This document shows positions 28,524 to 37,553 of a stretch of DNA of 64,000 bases, one piece after another. The stretch comes from Anaerolineae bacterium (lineage in GTDB: Bacteria; Chloroflexota; Anaerolineae; Epilineales; JAHCIE01): contig DAOUDG010000057.1 in assembly GCA_034431435.1 (NCBI GenBank), forward strand, positions 23,955-87,954, in the 5' to 3' direction. Positions within the stretch are counted from its first letter, which is position 1, and each line of letters opens with the position of its first letter. The notes beneath the pieces were generated by a model. It made no database searches, was not told where the DNA came from, and saw only the letters and a program-made list of their open reading frames with translations. The position numbers were made by a program, and so were the translations under genes.

Positions 28524-29966
28524 ATGCTGCGCAAGATCCTGTCTCTACTCGTGATGCTGGGCCTGGTGCTGCCCTCACTGGCGGCGTGCGCCGGCGGCGC
28601 GACCCAGGCGCCGGCCGCCCAGCAAGCAGCCGAGGCCGTGAAGGCGGCCGCGCCCACCGTGGCGGCGGCGGCTCAACAGGCGGCCCCGACGGTGGCGGCG
28701 GCGGCGAAGGCCGCTGCGCCGACTGTAGCGGCGGCGGCGAAGGCCGCTGCGCCGGCCGGGCAGAAGGCCAAGATTGTCTTCTACCAACGTGGCTACTCAG
28801 CCGGCGGCACCGATACGACCACGAGCACGACCGATAAGGCCGTCCAGGAGTTCATGAAGAAGTACCCCCAGTACGAGGTCGAGATTGTCGGCATTCCGTG
28901 GACCGCCGAGGGTGACACCAAGCTGGAAACGGCCCTGGCGGCGGGCGGCGATGGCATCAATATCTTCCGCGTGACCGATGTGAACCTGCCGCGCTACGTC
29001 AAGCAGGGCATCCTGTCATCGGTGGACGACGTGCTGACCGACGCCGACAAGGCTGACTTCGCGCCGAGCGCCTTCGATGTGGCGACCATCAACGGCAAGC
29101 GCTGGGCGTGGCCGCTGTGGGTAACGGCCATCAGCGTCCTCGCCAACCCGGACATCTTCAAGGAACAGGGTGTGGCCCTGCCAACGGGCAACTGGACCTG
29201 GGACGACTTTGTGGCGGCGGCCAAGAAGCTGACCTACACCAAGCCGGACGGTAAGAAGGTTTATGGCGTCAATGCGGCCGCCAAGCCGCCCCTGTTCGAG
29301 TACTCGCCGTTGGTGTACATCGACGGTGGCCGCATCATGACGCCCGACGCCAAGAAGTTCGTCGCCGATAGCCCCGAGTTCCTGTCGGCGCTACAAAAGC
29401 TGCAAGACCTGAACACGGTGCACAAGGTCGTGCCGCCCACCTACGGTACCGACGATCAGGCGGCCCTGCTCTCGCAGTTCAAGGACCAGAAGAACCTTGC
29501 CATGTGGATTGCCACGCCCGGCACCATCCGCGGGCTGCAGAACGACAAGGTTCCCTTTGAGGTGTTGCCCATCCCGACGGGCAAGCTGGGCAAGCCTGTG
29601 ACCACGGGCGGCATCGGCATGTACGCGGTGGTGGAGACAAAGGACGCGGAGAAGGAGAAGGCCGCCCACGAGTTGGGGCGCTGGCTGACGGGCGCAGAGG
29701 TGGCGGCGGCCGTGCCGGGCTACCAGCTGGCGCCCAGCTTCCGCAAGTCCAACACCGCCCTCAAGGGTGATCCCGCCTACAGCAAGGTCCAGGACATGGT
29801 GCAGTACGGCATCTACGAGCCACCAACGACCGTGCCCAACGAGATTCGCAACATCGGCCTGCTGAGCGCGTTCCAGTCGGTGATGCTCGGCCAGAAGTCA
29901 CCCGCCGATGCTATGAAGTCCATCCAGCCGGAGTTCCAGGCTGAGCTGGACAAGATGAACAAGTAG
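28524..29966 (+). CDS. Sugar ABC transporter substrate-binding lipoprotein
   Basis: Lipobox LAAC, an Ala-rich repeat tether and a CUT1-type SBP body, followed by two permeases. RBS aaggagg. Confidence 0.88.
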   Translation: MLRKILSLLVMLGLVLPSLAACAGGATQAPAAQQAAEAVKAAAPTVAAAAQQAAPTVAAAAKAAAPTVAAAAKAAAPAGQKAKIVFYQRGYSAGGTDTTTSTTDKAVQEFMKKYPQYEVEIVGIPWTAEGDTKLETALAAGGDGINIFRVTDVNLPRYVKQGILSSVDDVLTDADKADFAPSAFDVATINGKRWAWPLWVTAISVLANPDIFKEQGVALPTGNWTWDDFVAAAKKLTYTKPDGKKVYGVNAAAKPPLFEYSPLVYIDGGRIMTPDAKKFVADSPEFLSALQKLQDLNTVHKVVPPTYGTDDQAALLSQFKDQKNLAMWIATPGTIRGLQNDKVPFEVLPIPTGKLGKPVTTGGIGMYAVVETKDAEKEKAAHELGRWLTGAEVAAAVPGYQLAPSFRKSNTALKGDPAYSKVQDMVQYGIYEPPTTVPNEIRNIGLLSAFQSVMLGQKSPADAMKSIQPEFQAELDKMNK

Positions 29967-29976
29967 CAAGCCGCCC

Positions 29977-30040
29977 GACGACGAAGGACCAAGAACGAGG
30001 GGCAAGCCCGTTGGTCATTGGTCCTTCGTCCTTCGTCGGC
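29977..30040. repeat. Heptamer-repeat hairpin (STRR-like) after the SBP gene
   Basis: gacgaaggaccaa (29980-29992) pairs perfectly with ttggtccttcgtc (30018-30030). Units are ttggtca/ttggtcc/ttcgtcc/ttcgtcg. Confidence 0.65.
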
Positions 30041-30056
30041 CTTCTCAGGAGGGCAT

Positions 30057-30983
30057 ATGGCAACGACGGCAGATACGACGACCGTCGCCACCCGTCGGCC
30101 AGAAAGCACTATTCACAGGCTGTGGCGCAAGCACCGCTGGGACTACTTTTTTATCGCGCCCAGCCTGATTCTGTTCACCGTCTTCATCGGCTATCCGCTG
30201 CTGCAGTCGGTTCTGCTGGCCTTTCAGCGTTATGGCCTGCGCAGTACCGAGTGGGTGGGCCTGGAGAACTTCCAGGACATCTTCCGCAGTCGTCTGTTCC
30301 CGATGGCCTTGCAGCATACCGTCATCTATGCCGCCGTGGTCGTGGTGGTGTGGATTCTCTACTCGCTGCTCATCGCCGGTGTGCTGCAGTCGTTGTCCTT
30401 CCGCATGCAATCCGTTTTTCGCGGGGCGTTCTATCTCCCCTACGTGACGTCGGTCGTCATTCTGGCCTTTGTCTGGGTGTGGATTTTCAACCCTGAGTAT
30501 GGGGTGCTGAACTACTTCCTCAGCCTCTTTGGCGTGGGGCCGATTGGCTGGCTCATCAACCCCAACATCGCCCTGTGGAGCATCATTCTCAGCACCATTG
30601 CCATCCCACCCGGTACCGGCGTGGTCATCTACTCGGCGGCCATCGGCGCGATTCCCCGCGACCTGTACGAGGCAGCCGACGTAGAGGGGGCGAGCTGGTT
30701 CCAGAAGTGGATGTCGATTACCATCCCGCTGCTGAAGCCCACCACCCTGTACCTGAGCGTCATCTACACCATCGCCGCCTTCCAGGTCTTCGAGCGGGTG
30801 TACATTATGACAGGCGGTGGGCCGGTGAATTCGACGACCACCCTGGTGCAGATGATCTACGCCACGGCGTTCAGCGACTTCAACTTTGGTCGGGCGGCGG
30901 CGCTGGCCCTGATTCTGTTCGCCTTCATCGCGGCTCTTTCGTACTTTCAGTTCCGCTGGCTGAGTACCGATGTGGAGTATTGA
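30057..30983 (+). CDS. Carbohydrate ABC transporter permease (MalF-like)
   Basis: FIAPSLILF, EWVGLENF, EAA loop IPRDLYEAADVEGAS, FNFGRAAA. Confidence 0.92.
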   Translation: MATTADTTTVATRRPESTIHRLWRKHRWDYFFIAPSLILFTVFIGYPLLQSVLLAFQRYGLRSTEWVGLENFQDIFRSRLFPMALQHTVIYAAVVVVVWILYSLLIAGVLQSLSFRMQSVFRGAFYLPYVTSVVILAFVWVWIFNPEYGVLNYFLSLFGVGPIGWLINPNIALWSIILSTIAIPPGTGVVIYSAAIGAIPRDLYEAADVEGASWFQKWMSITIPLLKPTTLYLSVIYTIAAFQVFERVYIMTGGGPVNSTTTLVQMIYATAFSDFNFGRAAALALILFAFIAALSYFQFRWLSTDVEY

Positions 30984-31036
30984 CCACCGACTACCGACGG
31001 CCGACCACGGAGTATGCAACACGGACCACGAGGAGC

Positions 31037-31501
31037 GTGAGAGTGCGAGTAGTCTTGCTTGGAGTAGCCTATGGCGCGCTGTTGGGAGTGGTGTTCGCCG
31101 CCTTGACCGGGGTGGCGATTGCGGCGGCTGCGCCCCAACTGGGGCTGGCGCTGCCCCATCGCCTGGCCGGGTTGTCGCCGCTCCAGATCATCCTCAACAC
31201 GGTGGTCGTCGGCTTGTGGGCGGGCGCGCTGGGCGGCGCGTTGCTGGGGGTGTTGATTCGGCTGTTCGCGCCGGGTAAGGTGTCTGTGGGGCGCTGGATT
31301 GGCGCGCTGGCGGCCAGCCTGCCGTTGGTGTGGCTGCCCTTCTTCGGGCTGCGCGGCTTTGTGCGCAATGAGATGATCGGCACACCGGATGTGGTTCAAC
31401 TCGTGTTGACCGTCGTCGCCCCCGTGGCGGCAGCCATCATGGCCGGCGCCCTTATCGGCGGCCGGCTGGCGCGCGCTGCGCGTCCATTCCAACAGACCTG
31501 A
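31037..31501 (+). CDS. Small multi-pass membrane protein of unknown function
   Basis: GTG after aggag, about four Gly/Ala-rich hydrophobic segments, located between the two permease genes. Confidence 0.65.
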   Translation: MRVRVVLLGVAYGALLGVVFAALTGVAIAAAAPQLGLALPHRLAGLSPLQIILNTVVVGLWAGALGGALLGVLIRLFAPGKVSVGRWIGALAASLPLVWLPFFGLRGFVRNEMIGTPDVVQLVLTVVAPVAAAIMAGALIGGRLARAARPFQQT

Positions 31502-31526
31502 CAGGCTCCAGACATCTGTCAGGTCT
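31494..31526. repeat. Perfect 11-bp inverted repeat (REP-like hairpin)
   Basis: agacctgacag (31494-31504) / ctgtcaggtct (31516-31526). Confidence 0.6.
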
Positions 31527-31548
31527 TGTGAGTACCAGAAGAGGCGAC

Positions 31549-32415
31549 ATGGAAGCGACCACCTCTTACAATCGTACAAGTCGCGGCACGCGCGAGCGGC
31601 TGGGCAAAGGCCTGGCGCTGGTATTCCTGATTGCCGCCGCCGCTGTCAGCCTCTTCCCGCTGTACTGGATGCTCAATACGGCGCTCACGCCGTCCAGCGC
31701 AACCATCAAGATTCCGCCGACACTGATTCCCGTGCCCCTGACGCTGGAGAACTTCGAGCGCATCTTCGAGGTTGCGCCCAAGATGTGGCGCTGGACGCTC
31801 AATAGCATCTTTATCGCGGTGATCAGCACCGCTGTGCATGTGGTCATCGACACCATGGCCGGCTACGCCTTCGCCAAGCGCAATTTCCCCGGCTCGAAGG
31901 TGCTGTTCGCCGTCGTCATCGCTTCGCTGATGATCCCGGCTCAGGTGACGCTGGTGCCTCAGTTCCTGCTCATCACCCGCCTGGGCTTGACCAATAGCTA
32001 CGCTGGCATCATTTTGCCTGGCCTGGCCGACGTTCTCGGCATTTTTCTGATGAAGCAGTTCATTCAAACACTGCCCACCGAGCTAGAGGATGCCGCCCGC
32101 GTGGACGGCGCGAGCGAGTGGCAGATCTTCACCAGGGTCATAGTGCCCCTGAGTGCGCCCGCCATCGGCGTCCTTGCCATCCTGAGCTTTACTCGCTATT
32201 GGAACTCCTTCATCTGGCCGCTGGTCGTTGCCCGCTCGGCCGATCTGTACACGCTGCAAGTCGGCTTGAGCTTCGTCCATACCAGTGAGTTCAAGACGGA
32301 GTACGGATTGATGATGGCGGGCGCTGTCATCGCCTCGCTGCCCGTGTTCATTGTCTTCTTCGCCTTCCAGCGCTACTTCATGCAGGGACTGCGCCTCGGT
32401 GCGGTCAAGGGATGA
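31549..32415 (+). CDS. Carbohydrate ABC transporter permease (MalG-like)
   Basis: FPLYWM, MAGYAFAK, EAA loop LPTELEDAARVDGAS, WNSFIWPL, MAGAVIASLP. Confidence 0.93.
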   Translation: MEATTSYNRTSRGTRERLGKGLALVFLIAAAAVSLFPLYWMLNTALTPSSATIKIPPTLIPVPLTLENFERIFEVAPKMWRWTLNSIFIAVISTAVHVVIDTMAGYAFAKRNFPGSKVLFAVVIASLMIPAQVTLVPQFLLITRLGLTNSYAGIILPGLADVLGIFLMKQFIQTLPTELEDAARVDGASEWQIFTRVIVPLSAPAIGVLAILSFTRYWNSFIWPLVVARSADLYTLQVGLSFVHTSEFKTEYGLMMAGAVIASLPVFIVFFAFQRYFMQGLRLGAVKG

Positions 32416-33386
32416 CGAACGTGGACCTCCGATCCTTGCAGCGCTCTGAGACCGATGTTATTGTCGACCTGTGGAATGCTGCGTTTGGGCCGCCCTTTAC
32501 GATCGACGCCGCTGTGTGGCTGCACTGTACCTGGCGCACGGCGGGTTTTGTCGGCGACGACGCGGCGGTGGCCTGGGACGCGGGACGGCCCGTAGGCCTG
32601 GCCGTCACCAAAGTCTGGCGGCAGCCGCCGACGGCCGGCCTGGACGGCACGACAGGCTTTATTAGCGCGCTGGCCGTCCGCCCCGATGCGCGCCGCCAGG
32701 GTGTCGGCAGCCGCCTGCTGGCGTGGGCCGAGGCGCGCGTGCGGAGCGAGGGTGCGCACCGACTGGTACTCGGCCGCGACGTGAATGCCCTGCTGTGCGG
32801 CGTGCCTGAAACGACGGGCGCGCTACCCTTCTTCCTGGCTCGCGGCTATCGGGCGACGGGGCGCGTGTGGGATGTGCAGCGCGACCTGCAAGACTACACG
32901 CCGCATCCGGCGGCGCTCGCCGCGCGGGTGCGCCTCGGCAAGCGCGTGGACATCCGCCCCGCTACCCATGCCGACACGCCGCACCTGCTGGCCTTCCTGG
33001 GCCGCGAGTTTCCCGGCCGCTGGCACTACGACATCGGCGTATTCCTGTCCAGTGGGGGAGCGCCGGACGACCTGATGCTGATGTTCTTCGACGGCGCAGT
33101 AGAGGGCTTCGCCCATCTCCACTCCCCCTTCACGCGCCACCTGGCCTACGGCGCGAACTGGCGACGCGCTCTGACGCCGCCAGCCGGCGGCCTCGGCCCG
33201 ATCGGTGTGGGCGAGGCCGTGCGGGGCGAGGGCCTGGGGTTGGCGCTTCTCGACGCCGGGCTGCAAGTCCTGGCCGAGCGAGGGACGCGGGGCTGCGTCA
33301 TCGACTGGACGACCCTCGTGGACTTCTATGGCAAGGTCGGCTTCAGACCGTGGATTGCTTACGACCAGGCGGAGCGACGCGCATGA
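32412..33386 (+). CDS. Tandem GNAT acetyltransferase (GlmA-like glucosamine/glucosaminide N-acetyltransferase candidate)
   Basis: Two motif A segments (VRPDARRQGVG; VGEAVRGEGLG), IDWTTLVDFYGKVGF, and a location inside an amino-sugar recycling operon next to a kinase. Confidence 0.75.
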   Translation: MTNVDLRSLQRSETDVIVDLWNAAFGPPFTIDAAVWLHCTWRTAGFVGDDAAVAWDAGRPVGLAVTKVWRQPPTAGLDGTTGFISALAVRPDARRQGVGSRLLAWAEARVRSEGAHRLVLGRDVNALLCGVPETTGALPFFLARGYRATGRVWDVQRDLQDYTPHPAALAARVRLGKRVDIRPATHADTPHLLAFLGREFPGRWHYDIGVFLSSGGAPDDLMLMFFDGAVEGFAHLHSPFTRHLAYGANWRRALTPPAGGLGPIGVGEAVRGEGLGLALLDAGLQVLAERGTRGCVIDWTTLVDFYGKVGFRPWIAYDQAERRA

Positions 33387-34309
33387 CCACAGTGATGGGC
33401 TTCGACGCGGGCGGAACCCGCGTGACGGGTGTGCTGGCCGACGCGGCGGGTCAGGCGCTTGGCGAGGGGGCGGGCGGCCCCGCCAACCCGCGTGCCGTTC
33501 CGTGGGCCGACGTTCAGGCCGCGCTGCTGACGGCGGCCCGCGCCGCCCATGCTCAAGCGGGCCGACCGTGGACGCCACCATCGGTGGCCATCGTGGGTAT
33601 GGCGGGGGCGACGACGCCGACGTTGCAGGCCGAGTACGCAGCGCGCCTCGAAGCGGCGGGCCTGGGGCGGCGTGTGCGCGTGGTGGAGGACGCACGCATC
33701 GCCCTGGCGGGGGCGACGGAGAGCGGCGAGGGCGTCATCCTCATCGCCGGCACGGGCGTCAACGCCTTCGGCGCGGCCGGAGGGCGGACGGCCCGCGCCA
33801 GTGGCTGGGGCTACCTGGTGGGCGACGAGGGTAGTGGCTTCGACATAGGCTGCCGCGCCTTGCAGGCTGTATTGTGGGCCTACGACGGGCGCGGCCCTGA
33901 CACCGCGCTTACTCCGGCCCTCCTCGCCGCGTGGGACTGCGACAGTCCAGAACTGCTTCTCGACCAGGTGTACCTGACGCCCATTCCCCGCGACAAAATC
34001 GCCGCACTGTCCCGCGTCGTTGCCGAGGTGGCCCAGCGCGGCGACCCGGTGGCGCGCGCCGTCTACGCCGAGGCGGGCCACCAGCTGGCCCTGGCAGCGG
34101 TGGCGGTGGTGCAGCGTCTGGCCCTCGACCCCGCCCAGGTCACCATTGCCCTGGTGGGCGGTGTGTTCAAGGCAGGCGATCTGGTGCTGACGTCGCTACG
34201 CGCCACCCTGCACGACCGCCTGGGAGCGACGCCCGCCCTGGTGACGCCGTTGTACTCGCCTGCCTACGGCGCAGTACGGCTCGCGCTGGCCGACCTGGAG
34301 GCGCCGTGA
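33383..34309 (+). CDS. BadF/BadG/BcrA/BcrD family sugar kinase (GlcNAc/MurNAc kinase, MurK-like)
   Basis: GFDAGGT, IAGTG, GWGYLVGDEGSG, GGVF. Confidence 0.88.
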   Translation: MTTVMGFDAGGTRVTGVLADAAGQALGEGAGGPANPRAVPWADVQAALLTAARAAHAQAGRPWTPPSVAIVGMAGATTPTLQAEYAARLEAAGLGRRVRVVEDARIALAGATESGEGVILIAGTGVNAFGAAGGRTARASGWGYLVGDEGSGFDIGCRALQAVLWAYDGRGPDTALTPALLAAWDCDSPELLLDQVYLTPIPRDKIAALSRVVAEVAQRGDPVARAVYAEAGHQLALAAVAVVQRLALDPAQVTIALVGGVFKAGDLVLTSLRATLHDRLGATPALVTPLYSPAYGAVRLALADLEAP

Positions 34310-35472
34310 CCGCCCCGGCCCTGCGTTGGCCTGCCGAGGCTGAGCCTGTCGCCCTGTCGCCCAGGCTGGCGGCTCTGGATACGGCGGTGGCGGCGGGTGC
34401 GGGCAAGATCTACACAGCGGCGGTCACGCTGGCGGCGCGGGGCAGCGAGGTGATCTTCCACCGCGCCTACGGCTGGCTAGACCCGGAGGCGTGTCAGCGA
34501 CCCACGCGGCCCGACAGCCTGTTCGACCTGGCGTCCGTCACCAAGCTGTACACCGTCACGCTGTTCATGACCCTGGTGGATGCGGGCGTGGTGGGGCTGG
34601 ACCAGCCAGTGGCGACGGTCGTGCCGGAGTTTCGCGGGATGCGCGCCATCGGCCGCTTCGAGCACCCTCTGACCGGCGTGATGGAGGGCTACGATTACCC
34701 CAATGTGACGGTCGATGCCGGCGCGGTGACCTTCCGCCACCTGCTGAGCCACACCAGCGGGTTGCCCGCCTGGACGCCTCTGTACCGCTTGCAGACGCGG
34801 GAGGCGGCGTTGGCGGCTGCGCTGGCGTCGGATTTCGCCTATCCGACGGGCGCGCGCCTGGTGTACAGTGACCTGGGCCTGATTCTGCTGACCGAGGCTA
34901 TCGAGCGGCTGACGCGCGAGCCGCTGGCCGTGGCCCTGCGGCGCGGCGTCCTCGACCCGTTGGGGATGCGCGAGACCATGTTCAACCCACCGCCCGATCG
35001 CTGGGAGCGTATCGCGCCCACCGAGGTCTGTCGCTGGCGAGCGCGTCGGCTGGTGGGCGAGGTCCATGACGAGAATGCCGGTCGCCTGGGGGGCGTCAGC
35101 GGCCACGCGGGGCTGTTCGCTCCCGCCGCCGAGGTCGCTGTGCTGGGGCAGATGTATCTCAACGGCGGGGCCTACGGCGAAGTGCGCCTGCTGCGGGCCG
35201 AGATGGTAGCCGAGATGACCCGCCGCCAGGTGGAGCAGGATGGCGACCGGCGCGGCCTGGGCTGGATGCTGCAAGGCACGGGCGATTGGCGGCGGCGCGG
35301 CCTGTCAGAGGCGGCCTTTGGGCATACTGGCTTCACGGGCACGTCGCTGTGGGTCGATCCATCCCACGAGCTTGTGCTGGTCTTGCTGACCAACCGCGTC
35401 TACTTTGGTCGTGATGCGGCAGGCATCACCGAACTGCGTCAGCGCGTCTACGACGCCGGGAGCGCCCTGTGA
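34306..35472 (+). CDS. Beta-lactamase-fold serine hydrolase (AmiE-like MurNAc-L-Ala amidase candidate)
   Basis: SxxK in FDLASVTK, LLSHTSG, YSD, GEVHDENA, GHAGLF, GHTGFTG. Context is nagZ/namZ/murQ. Confidence 0.85.
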   Translation: MTAPALRWPAEAEPVALSPRLAALDTAVAAGAGKIYTAAVTLAARGSEVIFHRAYGWLDPEACQRPTRPDSLFDLASVTKLYTVTLFMTLVDAGVVGLDQPVATVVPEFRGMRAIGRFEHPLTGVMEGYDYPNVTVDAGAVTFRHLLSHTSGLPAWTPLYRLQTREAALAAALASDFAYPTGARLVYSDLGLILLTEAIERLTREPLAVALRRGVLDPLGMRETMFNPPPDRWERIAPTEVCRWRARRLVGEVHDENAGRLGGVSGHAGLFAPAAEVAVLGQMYLNGGAYGEVRLLRAEMVAEMTRRQVEQDGDRRGLGWMLQGTGDWRRRGLSEAAFGHTGFTGTSLWVDPSHELVLVLLTNRVYFGRDAAGITELRQRVYDAGSAL

Positions 35473-36644
35473 TTATTGTCGGTCTCATGTCCGGTACCTC
35501 GGCCGATGGCATCGACGCGGCGGTGGTCGATGTACAGGGTGCGCCGCCCGACGTCCGGGCGCGATTGCTACGCTTCGTGACTGTGCCCTGGCCGGGCGAC
35601 CTGCGCGCCGCCATCTTCGCCGCCTTTCGGCCGGAGAGTAGCGCGGTAGACCGTCTGACGGCCCTCGATTTCGCGCTCGGCGAGCGCTTCGCGCTGGCGG
35701 CGCGAGCGGCGGCCGACGCCGCGAGCATGCCCATGACGAGTATCGACCTCATCGCCTCCCACGGCCAGACCATGTGGCACGCCGTCGGCGCGGACGACCC
35801 CGTGAAGTCGACGCTCCAGCTGGGGCAGCCCGCCGTCATTGCCGAGCGGACCGGTGCGACCGTCGTGGCCGATTTCCGCGTGCGGGACGTGGCGGCGAGC
35901 GGGCAGGGCGCGCCCCTGGTCGGCTATACCGATTACTTGCTGCTGCGCCACGCAACCCTGACCCGTGCCGTGCAGAACATAGGCGGCATCGCCAATGTCA
36001 CGGCGCTACGGGGCGGCTGCGCGCCCGAAGACGTGTTTGCCTTCGACACCGGCCCTGGCAACATGCTCATCGATGACGCGACCCTACGCGCGACCAACGG
36101 CGCGCAGCCTTTCGACCGCGACGGCCGGCTGGGCGCGGCGGGGCGGCCCGACGACACGCTCATTGCCGCGCTCATGAGTCATCCTTACTTCGCACTGCCG
36201 CCGCCCAAGACAACCGGCCGCGAGCAGTTTGGCCGCCAGTTCGGAGCCGACGTCTGGGCGCGCGGGCGAGAGCGCGGCCTGTCGCCGGAGGACATCGTCG
36301 CCACCGTCACGAAGTTGACGGCCGTCTCCATCGCCGACGCCTACACCCGCTACGTCGGCGCGGTGGACGAGGTCGTGCTGTGCGGGGGCGGCGCGGACAA
36401 CCCAACCCTGGTGCAGATGATTGGCGCGGCCCTGCCGAAGGCGCGGGTTCTTCGCTCTGACGACCTGGGCGTCCCTGCCGACGCGAAGGAGGCGATCGCC
36501 TTCGCTGTCCTGGCCTACGAAACGGTCCACGCTCGCCCCGGCAACCTGCCGTCGGTGACGGGCGCACGTGGGCCGCGTGTCCTGGGCGCGATCACGCCTG
36601 GCGACAACTTCGCCGGGCTGATGTCGCGCATCTATGGGGGATAG
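35469..36644 (+). CDS. anmK: Anhydro-N-acetylmuramic acid kinase
   Basis: GLMSGTSADGID, SHGQT, DFR.RDVAA.GQGAPL, NIGGIAN, FDTGPGN, KEAIAFA. Confidence 0.96.
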   Translation: MIIVGLMSGTSADGIDAAVVDVQGAPPDVRARLLRFVTVPWPGDLRAAIFAAFRPESSAVDRLTALDFALGERFALAARAAADAASMPMTSIDLIASHGQTMWHAVGADDPVKSTLQLGQPAVIAERTGATVVADFRVRDVAASGQGAPLVGYTDYLLLRHATLTRAVQNIGGIANVTALRGGCAPEDVFAFDTGPGNMLIDDATLRATNGAQPFDRDGRLGAAGRPDDTLIAALMSHPYFALPPPKTTGREQFGRQFGADVWARGRERGLSPEDIVATVTKLTAVSIADAYTRYVGAVDEVVLCGGGADNPTLVQMIGAALPKARVLRSDDLGVPADAKEAIAFAVLAYETVHARPGNLPSVTGARGPRVLGAITPGDNFAGLMSRIYGG

Positions 36645-36650
36645 TGACCC

Positions 36651-37553
36651 ATGCATGACCTGGCTCAACTGACTACCGAAGGCGTGAACCCGGCCACCAC
36701 CGACATCGATACGCGCTCGACGCTGGAAATCGCCGCAGGCATCAACGCCGAGGATCGCAGCGTGGCTGAGGCGGTTCGACGTGAGCTGCCTGCCATTGCC
36801 GCCGCCATCGACCTCATTGTGGCCCACCTAGCGCGGGGGGGACGCCTCATCTATGTCGGCGCGGGAACCAGCGGCCGCCTCGCCGCCATCGATGCCGCCG
36901 AGTGCAGACCTACGTACAGCGCGGGGCCGGATCAGGTGACGGCGGTGCTGGCGGGGGGCGAGCGCGCCATGCTCCACGCCACTGAGGGGGCGGAAGATGA
37001 CGCGGTGGCGGGCGCGGGGGAGATGGTGGCTCTCAACGTTGGTCCCGACGATGTGGTGGTCGGCGTGGCCGCCAGCGGTCGGACGCCCTTTGTGCTGGGC
37101 GCGCTGGAGGAGGCGCGTCGGCGAGGCGCGGCGACCGTGGGCGTCGTCAACAATGCTGCGACCCCCATTGAGGCCGCCGCCGATGTGGGGATTGCCGTCG
37201 TCACGGGACCGGAGGTTATCAGCGGTTCGACGCGCATGAAGGCAGGGACGGCGCAGAAGATGGTGCTCAATATGCTGAGCACCGCCACGTTCATCAAGCT
37301 CGGTAAGGTCTATGGCAACCTCATGGTGGATGTGGTGGCGGGCAACGCCAAGTTACGCGACCGGGCGCGACGCATCCTCATCCGCGCTACCGGCGTCGAT
37401 GACGCCACGGCTGCCGACGCCCTCGCCGCGGCCAACGGCAGCGTGAAGGTGGCCCTGGTGAGCTTGCTGGCGGGCGTCGATGCCACCGAGGCCGCGCGCC
37501 GCCTGAGGGCGGCCAACGGCTATGTGCGCCGTGCCGTACAGTCGCCCCCATGA
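36651..37553 (+). CDS. murQ: N-acetylmuramic acid 6-phosphate etherase
   Basis: TEGVNP, GAGTSGRLA, GPEVISGSTRMKAGTAQK, GNLMVDV. Confidence 0.96.
   Translation: MHDLAQLTTEGVNPATTDIDTRSTLEIAAGINAEDRSVAEAVRRELPAIAAAIDLIVAHLARGGRLIYVGAGTSGRLAAIDAAECRPTYSAGPDQVTAVLAGGERAMLHATEGAEDDAVAGAGEMVALNVGPDDVVVGVAASGRTPFVLGALEEARRRGAATVGVVNNAATPIEAAADVGIAVVTGPEVISGSTRMKAGTAQKMVLNMLSTATFIKLGKVYGNLMVDVVAGNAKLRDRARRILIRATGVDDATAADALAAANGSVKVALVSLLAGVDATEAARRLRAANGYVRRAVQSPP

Noticed and set aside
28641-28757. 33-bp periodic repeats as a possible CRISPR array (also 48649-48860)
   Set aside because: They are in-frame coding repeats with synonymous variation, no unique spacers and no cas genes.
30575-31036. 5' part of the 308-aa ORF 30575-31501
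   Set aside because: It overlaps the permease in another frame. Only the part from GTG 31037 looks like a real protein.
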